Assembly: GCA_040768745.1 (NCBI GenBank) | Contig: JAXGMI010000001.1 | Location: 1 to 64,000 of the forward strand | DNA length: 64,000 bases | Reading direction: 5' to 3' | From: Desulfomicrobium sp. | GTDB taxonomy: Bacteria > Desulfobacterota > Desulfovibrionia > Desulfovibrionales > Desulfomicrobiaceae | Shown: positions 38,369 through 47,879 of the stretch, one piece after another | Position numbering within the stretch: the stretch's first letter is position 1 | Layout of the letters: every line of letters begins with the position of its first letter | The notes under the pieces: generated by a model | Database searches by the model: none | What the model was told of the DNA's origin: nothing | Seen by the model: the letters and a program-made list of their open reading frames with translations, nothing else | Made by a program: the position numbers and the translations under genes

Positions 38369-39526
38369 ATGAAACGTGCCATCATCCTTCTTCTGCTCCT
38401 CTCCGTTCTTGCCGGAGTCTGGTACTGGTGGAAACACCAGGAATCAGAGCGTCTCAACTCCCCCGTGGCCTTTTACGGCAACGTGGACATCCGCGAAGTC
38501 CGACTCGGGTTCAGGGTCGCCGGGCGGGTACGGGAGGTGTTGAAGGAGGAGGGAGACCAGATCGGCGCGGGCGAGATCGTGGCTAGGCTGGACGACGAGC
38601 CCTACCGCAACGCCGTGGCCCAGGCCGAGGCGCAGGTGGAAAGTCTGGCGGCCCGGGTGGTGGAACTCAAAAACGGCAACCGCCCAGAGGAAATCGAGCA
38701 GGCCCGCAAGAATCTGGCTGCGGCCCAGGCAGAACAGGAACACGCCCAGATCATTTTCAACCGGCAGAAGAGGCTCATCGCCACCAGCGTCGTTGCCCAG
38801 CAGGATTTCGACAACGCCCGTTCCGCCCTGCAGGCGAGCACAGCCCTCCGCGACGCGGCCCAGGCCGCATTGAACCTGCTCAATGCCGGGGCGCGCAATG
38901 AGCAGATCGCCCAAGCCGAGGCCAATCTGGCGGCAGCCCGGGCCACCCTGGCCCAGGCCAGTACCAACCTGGCCGACACCGTGCTGGTTGCCCCTGAAGC
39001 GGGAGTGGCCCTCACCCGCGTCGTTGAACCGGGCAGCATTGTTCAGGCAGGGAGCGTCATCCTGTCTGAGAGCCTGACCAGTCCGGTCCGGGTCCGGGCC
39101 TACGCGCCAGAACCTCAGCTCGGACTCGTTCATCCCGGCCGCGAGGTCCTGGTCTTCACGGACTCCCGTCCTGAACCCTATCACGGACAGATCGGGGACG
39201 TGTCGCCCCGGGCCGAATTCACACCAAAATCAGTGGAAACCCCGGAATTGCGCACCGCCCTGGTCTATCGTTTCCGGGTCACCATCCGCGACGCGGACCA
39301 GGGACTGCGCCAGGGCATGCCGGTCACGATTCGTCTGGGCACAGAGGCACAGGCCGCACCCCCCGGGGAACAGAGGGGGCATGTCCCGCCGCAGAGAGGG
39401 TCGAAACCAGCGGCAACGGAGGCTTCGGAACTTCGGGACAACGAGTCCCCCTCCTGCCGCGTGGCCCGGAGTGCGCCCAAAAATCCTGGCTCTGTCCCGG
39501 CAGCCCTGGGCACCGCAGAGGGGTGA
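38369..39526 (+). CDS. HlyD-family membrane fusion protein (YbhG-like)
   Basis: YGNVDIREV and AEFTPKSVETPELRT. Confidence 0.88.
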   Translation: MKRAIILLLLLSVLAGVWYWWKHQESERLNSPVAFYGNVDIREVRLGFRVAGRVREVLKEEGDQIGAGEIVARLDDEPYRNAVAQAEAQVESLAARVVELKNGNRPEEIEQARKNLAAAQAEQEHAQIIFNRQKRLIATSVVAQQDFDNARSALQASTALRDAAQAALNLLNAGARNEQIAQAEANLAAARATLAQASTNLADTVLVAPEAGVALTRVVEPGSIVQAGSVILSESLTSPVRVRAYAPEPQLGLVHPGREVLVFTDSRPEPYHGQIGDVSPRAEFTPKSVETPELRTALVYRFRVTIRDADQGLRQGMPVTIRLGTEAQAAPPGEQRGHVPPQRGSKPAATEASELRDNESPSCRVARSAPKNPGSVPAALGTAEG

Positions 39527-39528
39527 AC

Positions 39529-41247
39529 ATGTCCGCTGCCGTCGTTCTGTCCAGACTCTGCAAGACGTTTTCGGGCATGAAATCCCCGGCCTTGGACGGG
39601 ATCAGTGCGACCATCCGTTCAGGGATCATCACCGGCATCGTTGGGCCCGACGGAGCCGGAAAGACCACGCTCATGCGCCTCATGGCCGGACTGCTACGCA
39701 AAGGCGCGGGAGACGTGGCTGTCCTGGGTCTCGATCCCGTGGACCGGACCGACGAACTGCGCCTGCGCGTGGGCTACATGCCGCAGAAATTCGGCCTGTA
39801 CGAAGACCTGTCGGTCATCGAAAACCTGCGCCTGCACGCCGACCTGCGCGGCCTGCTCGGCCAGGAGCGCCAGGCCACCTTCGCCCGTCTCCTCTCCTTC
39901 ACGGACCTGCACCGTTTCACGGACAGGATGGCCGGCAAACTCTCCGGCGGCATGAAGCAGAAACTCGGCTTGGCCTGCGCCCTCCTGGGCAAGCCGGACC
40001 TGCTCCTCCTGGACGAACCGAGTGTGGGCGTCGATCCCATAAGTCGCCGGGAACTTTGGAGGATGGTCCGGGAGTTGGCCGACGGAGGCATGGCCGTGGT
40101 CTGGAGTACGGCCTACCTGGAAGAGGCCGAAACCTGTGACGAGGTTATCCTGCTCCATGAGGGAGCCCTGCTTTTTTCTGGAAGGCCTGCTGACCTGACC
40201 GGACGCCTGGCCGGACGGTGCCTCCATCTGCACGGCGTCGAAGGGCGGAGACGGAAGGCCCTGAACCGCATGCTCCGCCTGCCGGAAGTCGCCGATGGCG
40301 CCATCCAGGGCCACAGTCTGCGGGTCATTCTCCGGGAAGGGGCAATCCGCCCTGCCCCCGGAGACCTCGGCCTCCCTGGCGCGCCCCAATGGAAAGAAGT
40401 CACTCCACGATTCGAGGACGCATTCATCGATCTGCTGGGAGGCGGACCGGGCGGGGAATCGGTGTTGGCTGCATCCATGCCGGCGCGCCAAAAAAACGGC
40501 GCGGATCTCATCGTGGCCGAAAACCTGACCAAGATGTTCGGGGACTTCGCAGCCACGGACCAGGTCACCTTTTCCGTGCACCAGGGGGAAATTTTCGGCC
40601 TCCTGGGTCCCAACGGGGCAGGCAAGTCCACCACCTTCAAGATGATGTGCGGACTGCTGAAACCCACCTCTGGGCGGGCCGAGGTCATGGGCATCGACCT
40701 CAGGAAAAGCCCGGCCCAGGCCCGCCAGCGCCTGGGATACATGGCCCAGAAATTCTCCCTGTACGGAAAGCTGAGCGTTCGCCAGAACCTGGAATTCTTC
40801 TCGGGGGTGTACGGACTTTCCGGCGGCCGGCAGCGGGCCGCGGTGGAAGGCATGATCGAGTCCTTTCATCTGCGGCCATTCCTGCAGGTCAAGACCGACG
40901 ACCTGTCTCTGGGGTACAAGCAGCGCATCGCCCTGGCCTGCTCGGCCATGCACGAGCCAGACATCCTTTTCCTCGATGAGCCCACCTCCGGGGTGGATCC
41001 CCTCACGCGAAGGGAATTCTGGAACCATATCAACGGAGTGGTCGAAAAAGGGGTGACCGTCATGGTCACCACCCATTTCATGGACGAGGCCGAATACTGT
41101 GACCGCATCGGTCTGATCCACCAGGGCCGCCTCATCGCCCTGGCCCCGCCAGATGATCTGAAGAAAAGCGTGGCCTCCAAAGAAATGCCCGATCCGACCA
41201 TGGAAGACGCCTTCATTGAGCTCATTCTGCGGGAGGGACAGGCATGA
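39529..41247 (+). CDS. Dual-domain ABC ATPase (YbhF-like)
   Basis: GPDGAGKT and GPNGAGKS, LSGGMKQK, LDEPTSGVDP. Confidence 0.9.
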   Translation: MSAAVVLSRLCKTFSGMKSPALDGISATIRSGIITGIVGPDGAGKTTLMRLMAGLLRKGAGDVAVLGLDPVDRTDELRLRVGYMPQKFGLYEDLSVIENLRLHADLRGLLGQERQATFARLLSFTDLHRFTDRMAGKLSGGMKQKLGLACALLGKPDLLLLDEPSVGVDPISRRELWRMVRELADGGMAVVWSTAYLEEAETCDEVILLHEGALLFSGRPADLTGRLAGRCLHLHGVEGRRRKALNRMLRLPEVADGAIQGHSLRVILREGAIRPAPGDLGLPGAPQWKEVTPRFEDAFIDLLGGGPGGESVLAASMPARQKNGADLIVAENLTKMFGDFAATDQVTFSVHQGEIFGLLGPNGAGKSTTFKMMCGLLKPTSGRAEVMGIDLRKSPAQARQRLGYMAQKFSLYGKLSVRQNLEFFSGVYGLSGGRQRAAVEGMIESFHLRPFLQVKTDDLSLGYKQRIALACSAMHEPDILFLDEPTSGVDPLTRREFWNHINGVVEKGVTVMVTTHFMDEAEYCDRIGLIHQGRLIALAPPDDLKKSVASKEMPDPTMEDAFIELILREGQA

Positions 41248-42371
41248 AGACCGTCTCATGGCGCAGATTGAAAGCCCTGAGCCTGAAGGAGAGCCGCCAG
41301 ATTCTGCGCGACCCGAGCAGCGGCATCGTGGCCTTTGTCCTGCCCATGCTGCTGCTGGTCATATTTGGCTACGGTATCAATCTGGACACGGACATGGTTC
41401 GGCTGGGGCTGTGCAACCAAGACGGTGGACCCGAATCAGTCCGTTTCGCCGCCCACCTCTCGGGCTCTTCCTACTTCAAGGTGGTGGGGGGGGACAGACC
41501 CCGGCTGGACGCGATGCTGGAAAACGGCCTGATCCGTGGCTACGTGGTCCTGCCCCAGGATTTCTCGGCCTTGATGAACCACAGCCAGACCACGGCCCCC
41601 ATTCAGCTCGTCACGGATGGGGCCGAGATCAACACCGCCAACTTCATCGCCAACTTCATGAAATACGTCTGGCAGGACTGGCGGCTTTCCCGGGCCCGCG
41701 ACCTCGGGGAAACGGCCAGGCAGGGGGCGGACATGGACGTCCGCTACTGGTTCAACGCAGCGGCCATCAGCCGGCATTACCTCATCCCCGGGTCCATCAC
41801 CATCATCATGACCGTCATCGGGGCCATGCTGACGTCCCTGGTGGTGGCCAGGGAATGGGAGCGCGGAACCATGGAGGCGCTGCTGGCCGCGCCTGTGACC
41901 CGCGCCGAACTGCTGCTGTCCAAGCTGATACCCTACTATGTCCTGGGCATGGGCTCCATGGCCGTGGTCGCCTTTTGCGCCGTGTATATCATGGGCGTGC
42001 CGTTTCGAGGCTCCGCAGCCGTGCTCTTCCTCGTGACCTCGGTCTTTCTGCTCAGCATGCTCGGAATCGGCCTGCTGATCTCCTCGGTCATGCGCAACCA
42101 ATTCGACAGCGCCCAAACCACACTCAATGTAGCCTTTCTGCCCGCGGTCATGCTTTCGGGCGCGTTTTTCGTCATTTCGAGCATGCCGGCCCCCATCCGG
42201 GCCCTGACCTATCTGCTCCCGTCGCGCTATCTCGTCAGCTCGCTGCAGACCATCTTTCTGGCCGGAGACGTGTGGGATGTCCTGCTCCCGGATATCGCCT
42301 TCCTGACAGGAACCAGCGTCCTGTTCCTGGCGCTGACGGCCCTGAAAACCACCCGCAGGCTGGACGGGTGA
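41244..42371 (+). CDS. ABC-2 permease (YbhS-like)
   Basis: KESRQILRD and AREWERGTMEALL. Confidence 0.9.
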   Translation: MKTVSWRRLKALSLKESRQILRDPSSGIVAFVLPMLLLVIFGYGINLDTDMVRLGLCNQDGGPESVRFAAHLSGSSYFKVVGGDRPRLDAMLENGLIRGYVVLPQDFSALMNHSQTTAPIQLVTDGAEINTANFIANFMKYVWQDWRLSRARDLGETARQGADMDVRYWFNAAAISRHYLIPGSITIIMTVIGAMLTSLVVAREWERGTMEALLAAPVTRAELLLSKLIPYYVLGMGSMAVVAFCAVYIMGVPFRGSAAVLFLVTSVFLLSMLGIGLLISSVMRNQFDSAQTTLNVAFLPAVMLSGAFFVISSMPAPIRALTYLLPSRYLVSSLQTIFLAGDVWDVLLPDIAFLTGTSVLFLALTALKTTRRLDG

Positions 42372-42373
42372 CC

Positions 42374-43486
42374 ATGAAAAGACTGCGCCGCATCATCGCC
42401 CTGACCCGCAAGGAACTGCAGATGCTTCTGGCCGAACCCCAAAGCCGCGTGCTGGTCGTCATGCCCGTCGTCCTGCAGGTTCTGCTGTTTCCCCTGGCCG
42501 TGACCCTCGAAGTGAAGAACAATTCCCTTGCCGTGCTCAACGAAGACGGAGGGGCGGCCTCCCTCGAGCTGGAGCAGCGCTTTGCCCAGACCATGGCCTT
42601 CAGCCAAGTCATCCACCTCTCCGGGGCTGAACAGATCGACGAGGTGCTGGATGCCCAGCAGGCCATCGCCGTGGTCCGTTTCGGGCAGGACTTCACCCGC
42701 CAGCTGGTCCAGGGGGCCCCTGTTTCGCTGCAGCTTCTCCTCGACGGACGCCGCTCCAACAGCAGTCAGATCGCCGCCAGCTACATCCAGGACATTGCCA
42801 TGGCCTACTTCAACGAGCAGGCCGCGCTTGCGGCAGTCCAATCCTCCTCGCAGCTCGAAATCCGCCACCGCTACAACCCGAATCTCGACTACAAATGGTT
42901 CGTCCTCCCCTCCCTGGTGGCCATCATCCTGACCGTCAGCGCCCTCATCCTCACCGCCTTGTCCGTGGCCAGGGAACGCGAACAGGGCACGTTCGACCAG
43001 CTGCTTGTCTCGCCGCTGACCCTGGAGATGATCATGATCGGCAAGGCCGCATCGGTCCTGCTGGTCGGTCTTTTCCAGGCCAGCATCATCATCGGGGCCG
43101 CGATGTTTGTGTACAAGGTTCCGATCTCCGGCTCCCTGGCCCTCATCTACGCCAGCGCAGTACTCTATTTTTTTGCCCTGGTCGGCGTGGGCCTGTTCAT
43201 CAGCGCTCTCTGCTCGACCCAGCAACAGGCCTTTCTCGGGGCATTTTCGTTCATCATGCCGGGCATTCTCCTTTCCGGCTTTGCTTCACCAGTGGAAAAC
43301 ATGCCACAGTGGCTGCAAGCAGCAACCTGGTGCAATCCCATCCGCCACTACATTTTCATTGTGAAAAGCATTTATCTGAAAAATATTTCCGCCGGCATTG
43401 TGCTTGAAAGCTGTGTGCCTCTGGTCGTCATAGCAATGGTCACCTTGAGCGTCGCGGTGCTGATTTTCCGACGCAAATTCGGGTAG
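42374..43486 (+). CDS. ABC-2 permease (YbhR-like)
   Basis: LDGRRSNS and AREREQGTFDQLLVSP. Confidence 0.9.
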   Translation: MKRLRRIIALTRKELQMLLAEPQSRVLVVMPVVLQVLLFPLAVTLEVKNNSLAVLNEDGGAASLELEQRFAQTMAFSQVIHLSGAEQIDEVLDAQQAIAVVRFGQDFTRQLVQGAPVSLQLLLDGRRSNSSQIAASYIQDIAMAYFNEQAALAAVQSSSQLEIRHRYNPNLDYKWFVLPSLVAIILTVSALILTALSVAREREQGTFDQLLVSPLTLEMIMIGKAASVLLVGLFQASIIIGAAMFVYKVPISGSLALIYASAVLYFFALVGVGLFISALCSTQQQAFLGAFSFIMPGILLSGFASPVENMPQWLQAATWCNPIRHYIFIVKSIYLKNISAGIVLESCVPLVVIAMVTLSVAVLIFRRKFG

Positions 43487-43591
43487 GAAAAATGATCGTG
43501 ATCCCATCGCACCGCAGGCAGTGTAAAATCCAGGGAACCGCGACCCTGGGCACTCAACCTGAGCCAGAAGAACTGTTCTGCAGGCGGCAAT

Positions 43592-44347
43592 TCACGATTC
43601 AGGGGAGTCCTTCGGGTTCTTTTCCTCCAGCATGCGGACGATTTCGTCTTCACCCAGGGGCGCGGCGTGCTTGACTTCGAGACTTCTGGACCATTCCCTG
43701 GCGAAATCCATTTGCAGGTACATGTTCAGGCCCATGGTGACGAGCATGGCCATGAACGCGCCGAGACTGGCCAGGGCCATGTCCTTGTGCGCGTCCCAGA
43801 CATCGCCCTGAGTGCCCAGATAGGCGGCTCCGAGATCGCCGCCAAAGACTTCCGCAGCGGCCCATTCGAACAGTTCATACAGCATGGATGTGGACATGGC
43901 GAAATCAAGCGGGAGGAAATAGCCCCAGAAACCGCCTGCATTGGCTATGCGAAAATAGATTTCCCGAATGGGATACGCCAGGAGAAGACCGTACAAGAAA
44001 TGAACAATCCGGTCGAAATTGTTCCTTTCCCAGCCAATGAGCGCGTTGAATGTCGTGCCGAAGACTGATGAAAACCATGTGTCGTATGGGACTAATGAAT
44101 AGGTATAATGAGAACCGATTTCATGAATGGCCAGAAAGATGAAAATCAGCGTATACGAAATCCTGGAAAATGGAAATTTTTTGGCTGACAAGAAAAGGAA
44201 GACAAAAAAAACGAGCACAAGAAAATTCTCCAGGGCCCAGTCTTTCCGGTCGTGGGGATGAACGGCAAGAATCATGAACTCGATGCAGAACAGTGATGTA
44301 AGAATTAAAAAATATTTCTGATGGGAAACATTCTTGATCCATTTCAT
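43592..44347 (-). CDS. DUF2238 membrane protein
   Basis: WALEN, HYTYSLVP, RNNFDRIVHF, LGTQGDVWDAHKDM. Confidence 0.85.
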   Translation of the reverse strand: MKWIKNVSHQKYFLILTSLFCIEFMILAVHPHDRKDWALENFLVLVFFVFLFLSAKKFPFSRISYTLIFIFLAIHEIGSHYTYSLVPYDTWFSSVFGTTFNALIGWERNNFDRIVHFLYGLLLAYPIREIYFRIANAGGFWGYFLPLDFAMSTSMLYELFEWAAAEVFGGDLGAAYLGTQGDVWDAHKDMALASLGAFMAMLVTMGLNMYLQMDFAREWSRSLEVKHAAPLGEDEIVRMLEEKNPKDSPES

Positions 44348-45109
44348 GGCGGCACCTGCATGTACTTTGAGAAAAGGAGATTAATCCGTTGAGGACATGG
44401 AATACGACTTGGGCCATGCATACACAGAAATCCGAACAAGAGCAACGCAACCATGCAACGCGAAAATGACAGGAACCGTGAAATGCACGCGCAGCGGTTT
44501 TCGGGCTGGATCCGCAAAGCACGAACACATGCTGAAACTCAGATGCGGACAAAAGCTTCAGGACTGCCACCTGCAGCAGTACCGCAGCAATGGTTCTTTT
44601 GTGAAAACCACGTTTTCCGGGAACAAAATTTCGATCCCCACAAGAGATTGTGATGCTGCAATGAAAAATTATTCCAGCGCAGGAAGGAGAACTCATTGCG
44701 GCTCGGAGTCTGTTCGATCTGTGGACGATCCATGACGCTCATTGCTGAAAAAGAAGTGACATGATCAACGCCGGATGAAGTTCAGGCGTGCAGACCTGCG
44801 GTGCATCGTGGACACCTTTGGCGCATTGTCCATGCATGATGCTGCCGGCTTCACGGTGAACTTCTCCAAAGGTCTGGACTGTGTTCATCGAATTCAAAAA
44901 GCCGATCAATGCGTGCCAATGAAGTGACTGGTGGCGCTGACGAGGTCGTAACACACAATTTTTTCCGCAGTTCGGGAATTACTTTGTGCACAGTGTTTTC
45001 ACATCAATACTTCTTGCATTGACATTGAGTTTAATGATATGAAAAAAAACAATTGCCAAATAAATGCAGGCTGTTTGGATGAAGACAAAATCGCTGGAGA
45101 TTTAATACA

Positions 45110-46159
45110 GTGAAAAAATTAGGTTTTTTTTCCAAAAAAAATTCCGGTATTGGGCTTGATCTCGGGAGTGAATGGCTGAAATTTGTAAAAATCCGGCCGG
45201 AAAGAGAATCGTGCGCCCTCGAAAGTCTGGCCCGCTGTCCATGGCAGCCTGGAGATTTGGACAACAATACAGCCACCGCAAAAAAAATTACGGGCCTGTG
45301 GTCCCAACTCTCAATAAAAGAGCGTATGATTGTTTCATCCATGGCTGGCCATGCAGTGATCGTCAAACGCGTCACCTTCGAGTCCGAATCCACCAAGACA
45401 TTGCCCGATACAGTGCTGAAGGATGCGCGGCAATACATCCCCTTCGACATCAACGACGTCTATCTGGATTATCAGGTCCTAGGGCCTGGCCAGAAAGAAA
45501 AAAGCTATGATGTCCTGCTGGTTGCAAGCAAGAAAAAGGTTGTCCAGAATCTGACTGATGTCACGGCTCAGGCGGGCCTGTCCCTCGCTGTCATCGATGT
45601 CGATTCCTTCGCCATATGCAACAGCTTTGAATACAACTATCCAGACATGAAGAAGCCTGCATACCTCCTTGACATCGGTGGCACCCAGAGCGCCTTCTGC
45701 ATCTACCATAACGGTCAGCCCGTCTTTCTGCGCGAGGTCTCCTTTGGTGGACGGGCCATCACTGACTCCATCGGATCCGTTCTGAACCTCAAGAGACTGG
45801 ATGCGGAACGGATCAAATTGAATGGCAAGGAAGACATGGATGACGTCACGCACAAAGGCGTTGCCGACGCCATCCAAAAAACGTTGAAGAGCTGGTGCGA
45901 GGAGTTGAGGCGATTGATCGGGTTCTACCAGTCATCCTCCATCAACGTTGTTCCGGCTGAATCCCTGTACCTGTCAGGAGGGGGAGCGCTCCTTGCCGAT
46001 CTGCGCGACACATTCACAAAAGAGCTCAATCTGGACGTCCAGTATCACGATCCGTTCCGCAGGGTTCAGGTTTCTGACGGGGAGTTTCAGAAGGAATATC
46101 TCAAGCAAATCGGTCCTCAGATGGTTGTTCCGTTCGGACTAGCGTTGCGAGCCCTCTAA
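45110..46159 (+). CDS. pilM: Type IV pilus assembly protein PilM
   Basis: GLDLGS, YIPFDI, LDIGG, LSGGGA, GLALR. Confidence 0.92.
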   Translation: MKKLGFFSKKNSGIGLDLGSEWLKFVKIRPERESCALESLARCPWQPGDLDNNTATAKKITGLWSQLSIKERMIVSSMAGHAVIVKRVTFESESTKTLPDTVLKDARQYIPFDINDVYLDYQVLGPGQKEKSYDVLLVASKKKVVQNLTDVTAQAGLSLAVIDVDSFAICNSFEYNYPDMKKPAYLLDIGGTQSAFCIYHNGQPVFLREVSFGGRAITDSIGSVLNLKRLDAERIKLNGKEDMDDVTHKGVADAIQKTLKSWCEELRRLIGFYQSSSINVVPAESLYLSGGGALLADLRDTFTKELNLDVQYHDPFRRVQVSDGEFQKEYLKQIGPQMVVPFGLALRAL

Positions 46160-46174
46160 TATCCGGATGCATGT

Positions 46175-46759
46175 ATGATTAAAATTAACTTACTTCCTCA
46201 GCAGAAACGCACAAAGGACGTCAGTGTTGAAAAAGACATCCTTGTATTTCTCCTCGGGCTGCTGCTGCTCGGCGCCGCTGTGTACGGAGTTGACTTCTAC
46301 TTCAATTCCAAAATAGCCGACCTGACTGCGGCGGTGAACGAGAAAACAAAAATCAAGGCCAGTCTGGAAGAGAAGGTTGCCAGGGTGAACGCGGTCCTGG
46401 CCGAAATCAAGGAGATAGAAACGCGCATCAAGGTCATCAAGGATGTCCGTCTCCGCCAGGGCCTGCCGGTCAGATACATTGACGAACTCGTGGTCAATAT
46501 CCCCCAGAACAAGATGTGGATCGAGACGTTTACCCTGGGCGGCAGTGGCCAGATTTCACTCAGCGGCGTGGCCTTGGACAACCAGGCTTTTGCGACCTAC
46601 GTCGAGAAGTTGCGCACGTCCAGGTACATCGCCAGCGTCGATACGCAGCGGACTTCCAGAAGAATGATAGACGGACTTGGCTTGGTGTCCTTCCAGTGTA
46701 CTGTCAAGGCCAAGGAATATTTTGAAAACCTCGATGTGAACGGAACGATCCATGGATAA
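46175..46759 (+). CDS. pilN: Type IV pilus assembly protein PilN
   Basis: MIKINLLP, TM helix, operon order. Confidence 0.9.
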   Translation: MIKINLLPQQKRTKDVSVEKDILVFLLGLLLLGAAVYGVDFYFNSKIADLTAAVNEKTKIKASLEEKVARVNAVLAEIKEIETRIKVIKDVRLRQGLPVRYIDELVVNIPQNKMWIETFTLGGSGQISLSGVALDNQAFATYVEKLRTSRYIASVDTQRTSRRMIDGLGLVSFQCTVKAKEYFENLDVNGTIHG

Positions 46760-47375
46760 AAATTCGGTTTTCAAAAGATTTGGCGAATTGTCCGCGCTCC
46801 GGAAGTGGGTCCTTTTCCTGGTTCTGGCCGCCCTGGTCAGCGGGGCCTACTGGTACTTCCTTCTGGACGACAAACTCAACAAGATCAACCAGCTCACCCA
46901 GAAGGTGGAACAACTGGACAAGGATATCGCCCTGTATCGGGTCCAGGTCGCCAAGCTGCCCGAGCTTGAACAGAATCTCGAGGCGCAGAAAAAAGAACTC
47001 TACTACGCCAAGACGCTCCTGCCCGAGGATGCCCGGGCCCTGGAGATGCTTCTGTCCTCCTTCGAGAAATTGGGCCGTGACGAGAATGTCGAATTCAGGC
47101 TTTTCCAGCCCGGCGCGGAGCAGCAGCACGAATTCTACGCCACGCGCAACGTGCAGCTCCAGATCAGCGGGACATTCCACAGCCTCGTCACCTATTTCGA
47201 CCGTCTGACCCGGCTGGACCGTTTGGTCAGCATCAATGACATCACCTTTTCGCCTGTGTCGGACTTTTCGCCGACGGAAAAATACCTGAACGCAAATCTT
47301 GTTTTGAAGGTCTACAGGGCGTTGACAGAGGCTGAGCTGAAGGCTCGCGAAGAGCAAAAAAAGACAAAGAAGTGA
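46752..47375 (+). CDS. pilO: Type IV pilus assembly protein PilO
   Basis: TM plus coiled coil, LLP, GTFH..LDRLV. Confidence 0.9.
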   Translation: MDKNSVFKRFGELSALRKWVLFLVLAALVSGAYWYFLLDDKLNKINQLTQKVEQLDKDIALYRVQVAKLPELEQNLEAQKKELYYAKTLLPEDARALEMLLSSFEKLGRDENVEFRLFQPGAEQQHEFYATRNVQLQISGTFHSLVTYFDRLTRLDRLVSINDITFSPVSDFSPTEKYLNANLVLKVYRALTEAELKAREEQKKTKK

Positions 47376-47873
47376 ATGCAGGCCATGAAACGAGTACTCT
47401 TGATTCAAGCTTTTATGCTGTTGATGTGCACGTCGGCCTTCGCTGGCAATGCGACTGGTTCCACTTCCGGACAGCTTCCGGTCTGGATCACGTCCCAGAA
47501 TCCCCCCTACGATCCGACAGGCAAGCCGGATCCCTTCGTCTCCTTCGTCAAAATTCGAGAGTACGAAATCATGCAGGCCGCCAAGAAGGCCAAACTGCAA
47601 AAAAGGGCCTCCACTCCCCTTGAAACGGTGGATGTGCATACCTTAAAGCTTATTGGCATCATCAACAAGGACAGGGGAAATTCCCTGGCCATGGTGGAGC
47701 TTCCCGACGGGAAGGGATACCTGATCCGCCCGGGCATGACCGTTGGCCTCTATGATGGCGTGGTCACGTCAATCGAGAAAGAAATGATGGTCGTTGAAGA
47801 AGACATCATTGATGTTTTTGGTGAACCGAAAAAAAGAACAATCAATTTACGGTTGCGGCAAGAGAAGGAGTAG
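47376..47873 (+). CDS. pilP: Type IV pilus assembly protein PilP
   Basis: YDPTGKPDPF, PLE, AMVELPDGKGY. Confidence 0.88.
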   Translation: MQAMKRVLLIQAFMLLMCTSAFAGNATGSTSGQLPVWITSQNPPYDPTGKPDPFVSFVKIREYEIMQAAKKAKLQKRASTPLETVDVHTLKLIGIINKDRGNSLAMVELPDGKGYLIRPGMTVGLYDGVVTSIEKEMMVVEEDIIDVFGEPKKRTINLRLRQEKE

Positions 47874-47879
47874 CGGGCT

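Noticed and set aside
44397..45030. ORFs upstream of pilM
   Set aside because: No protein-like features or convincing RBS.
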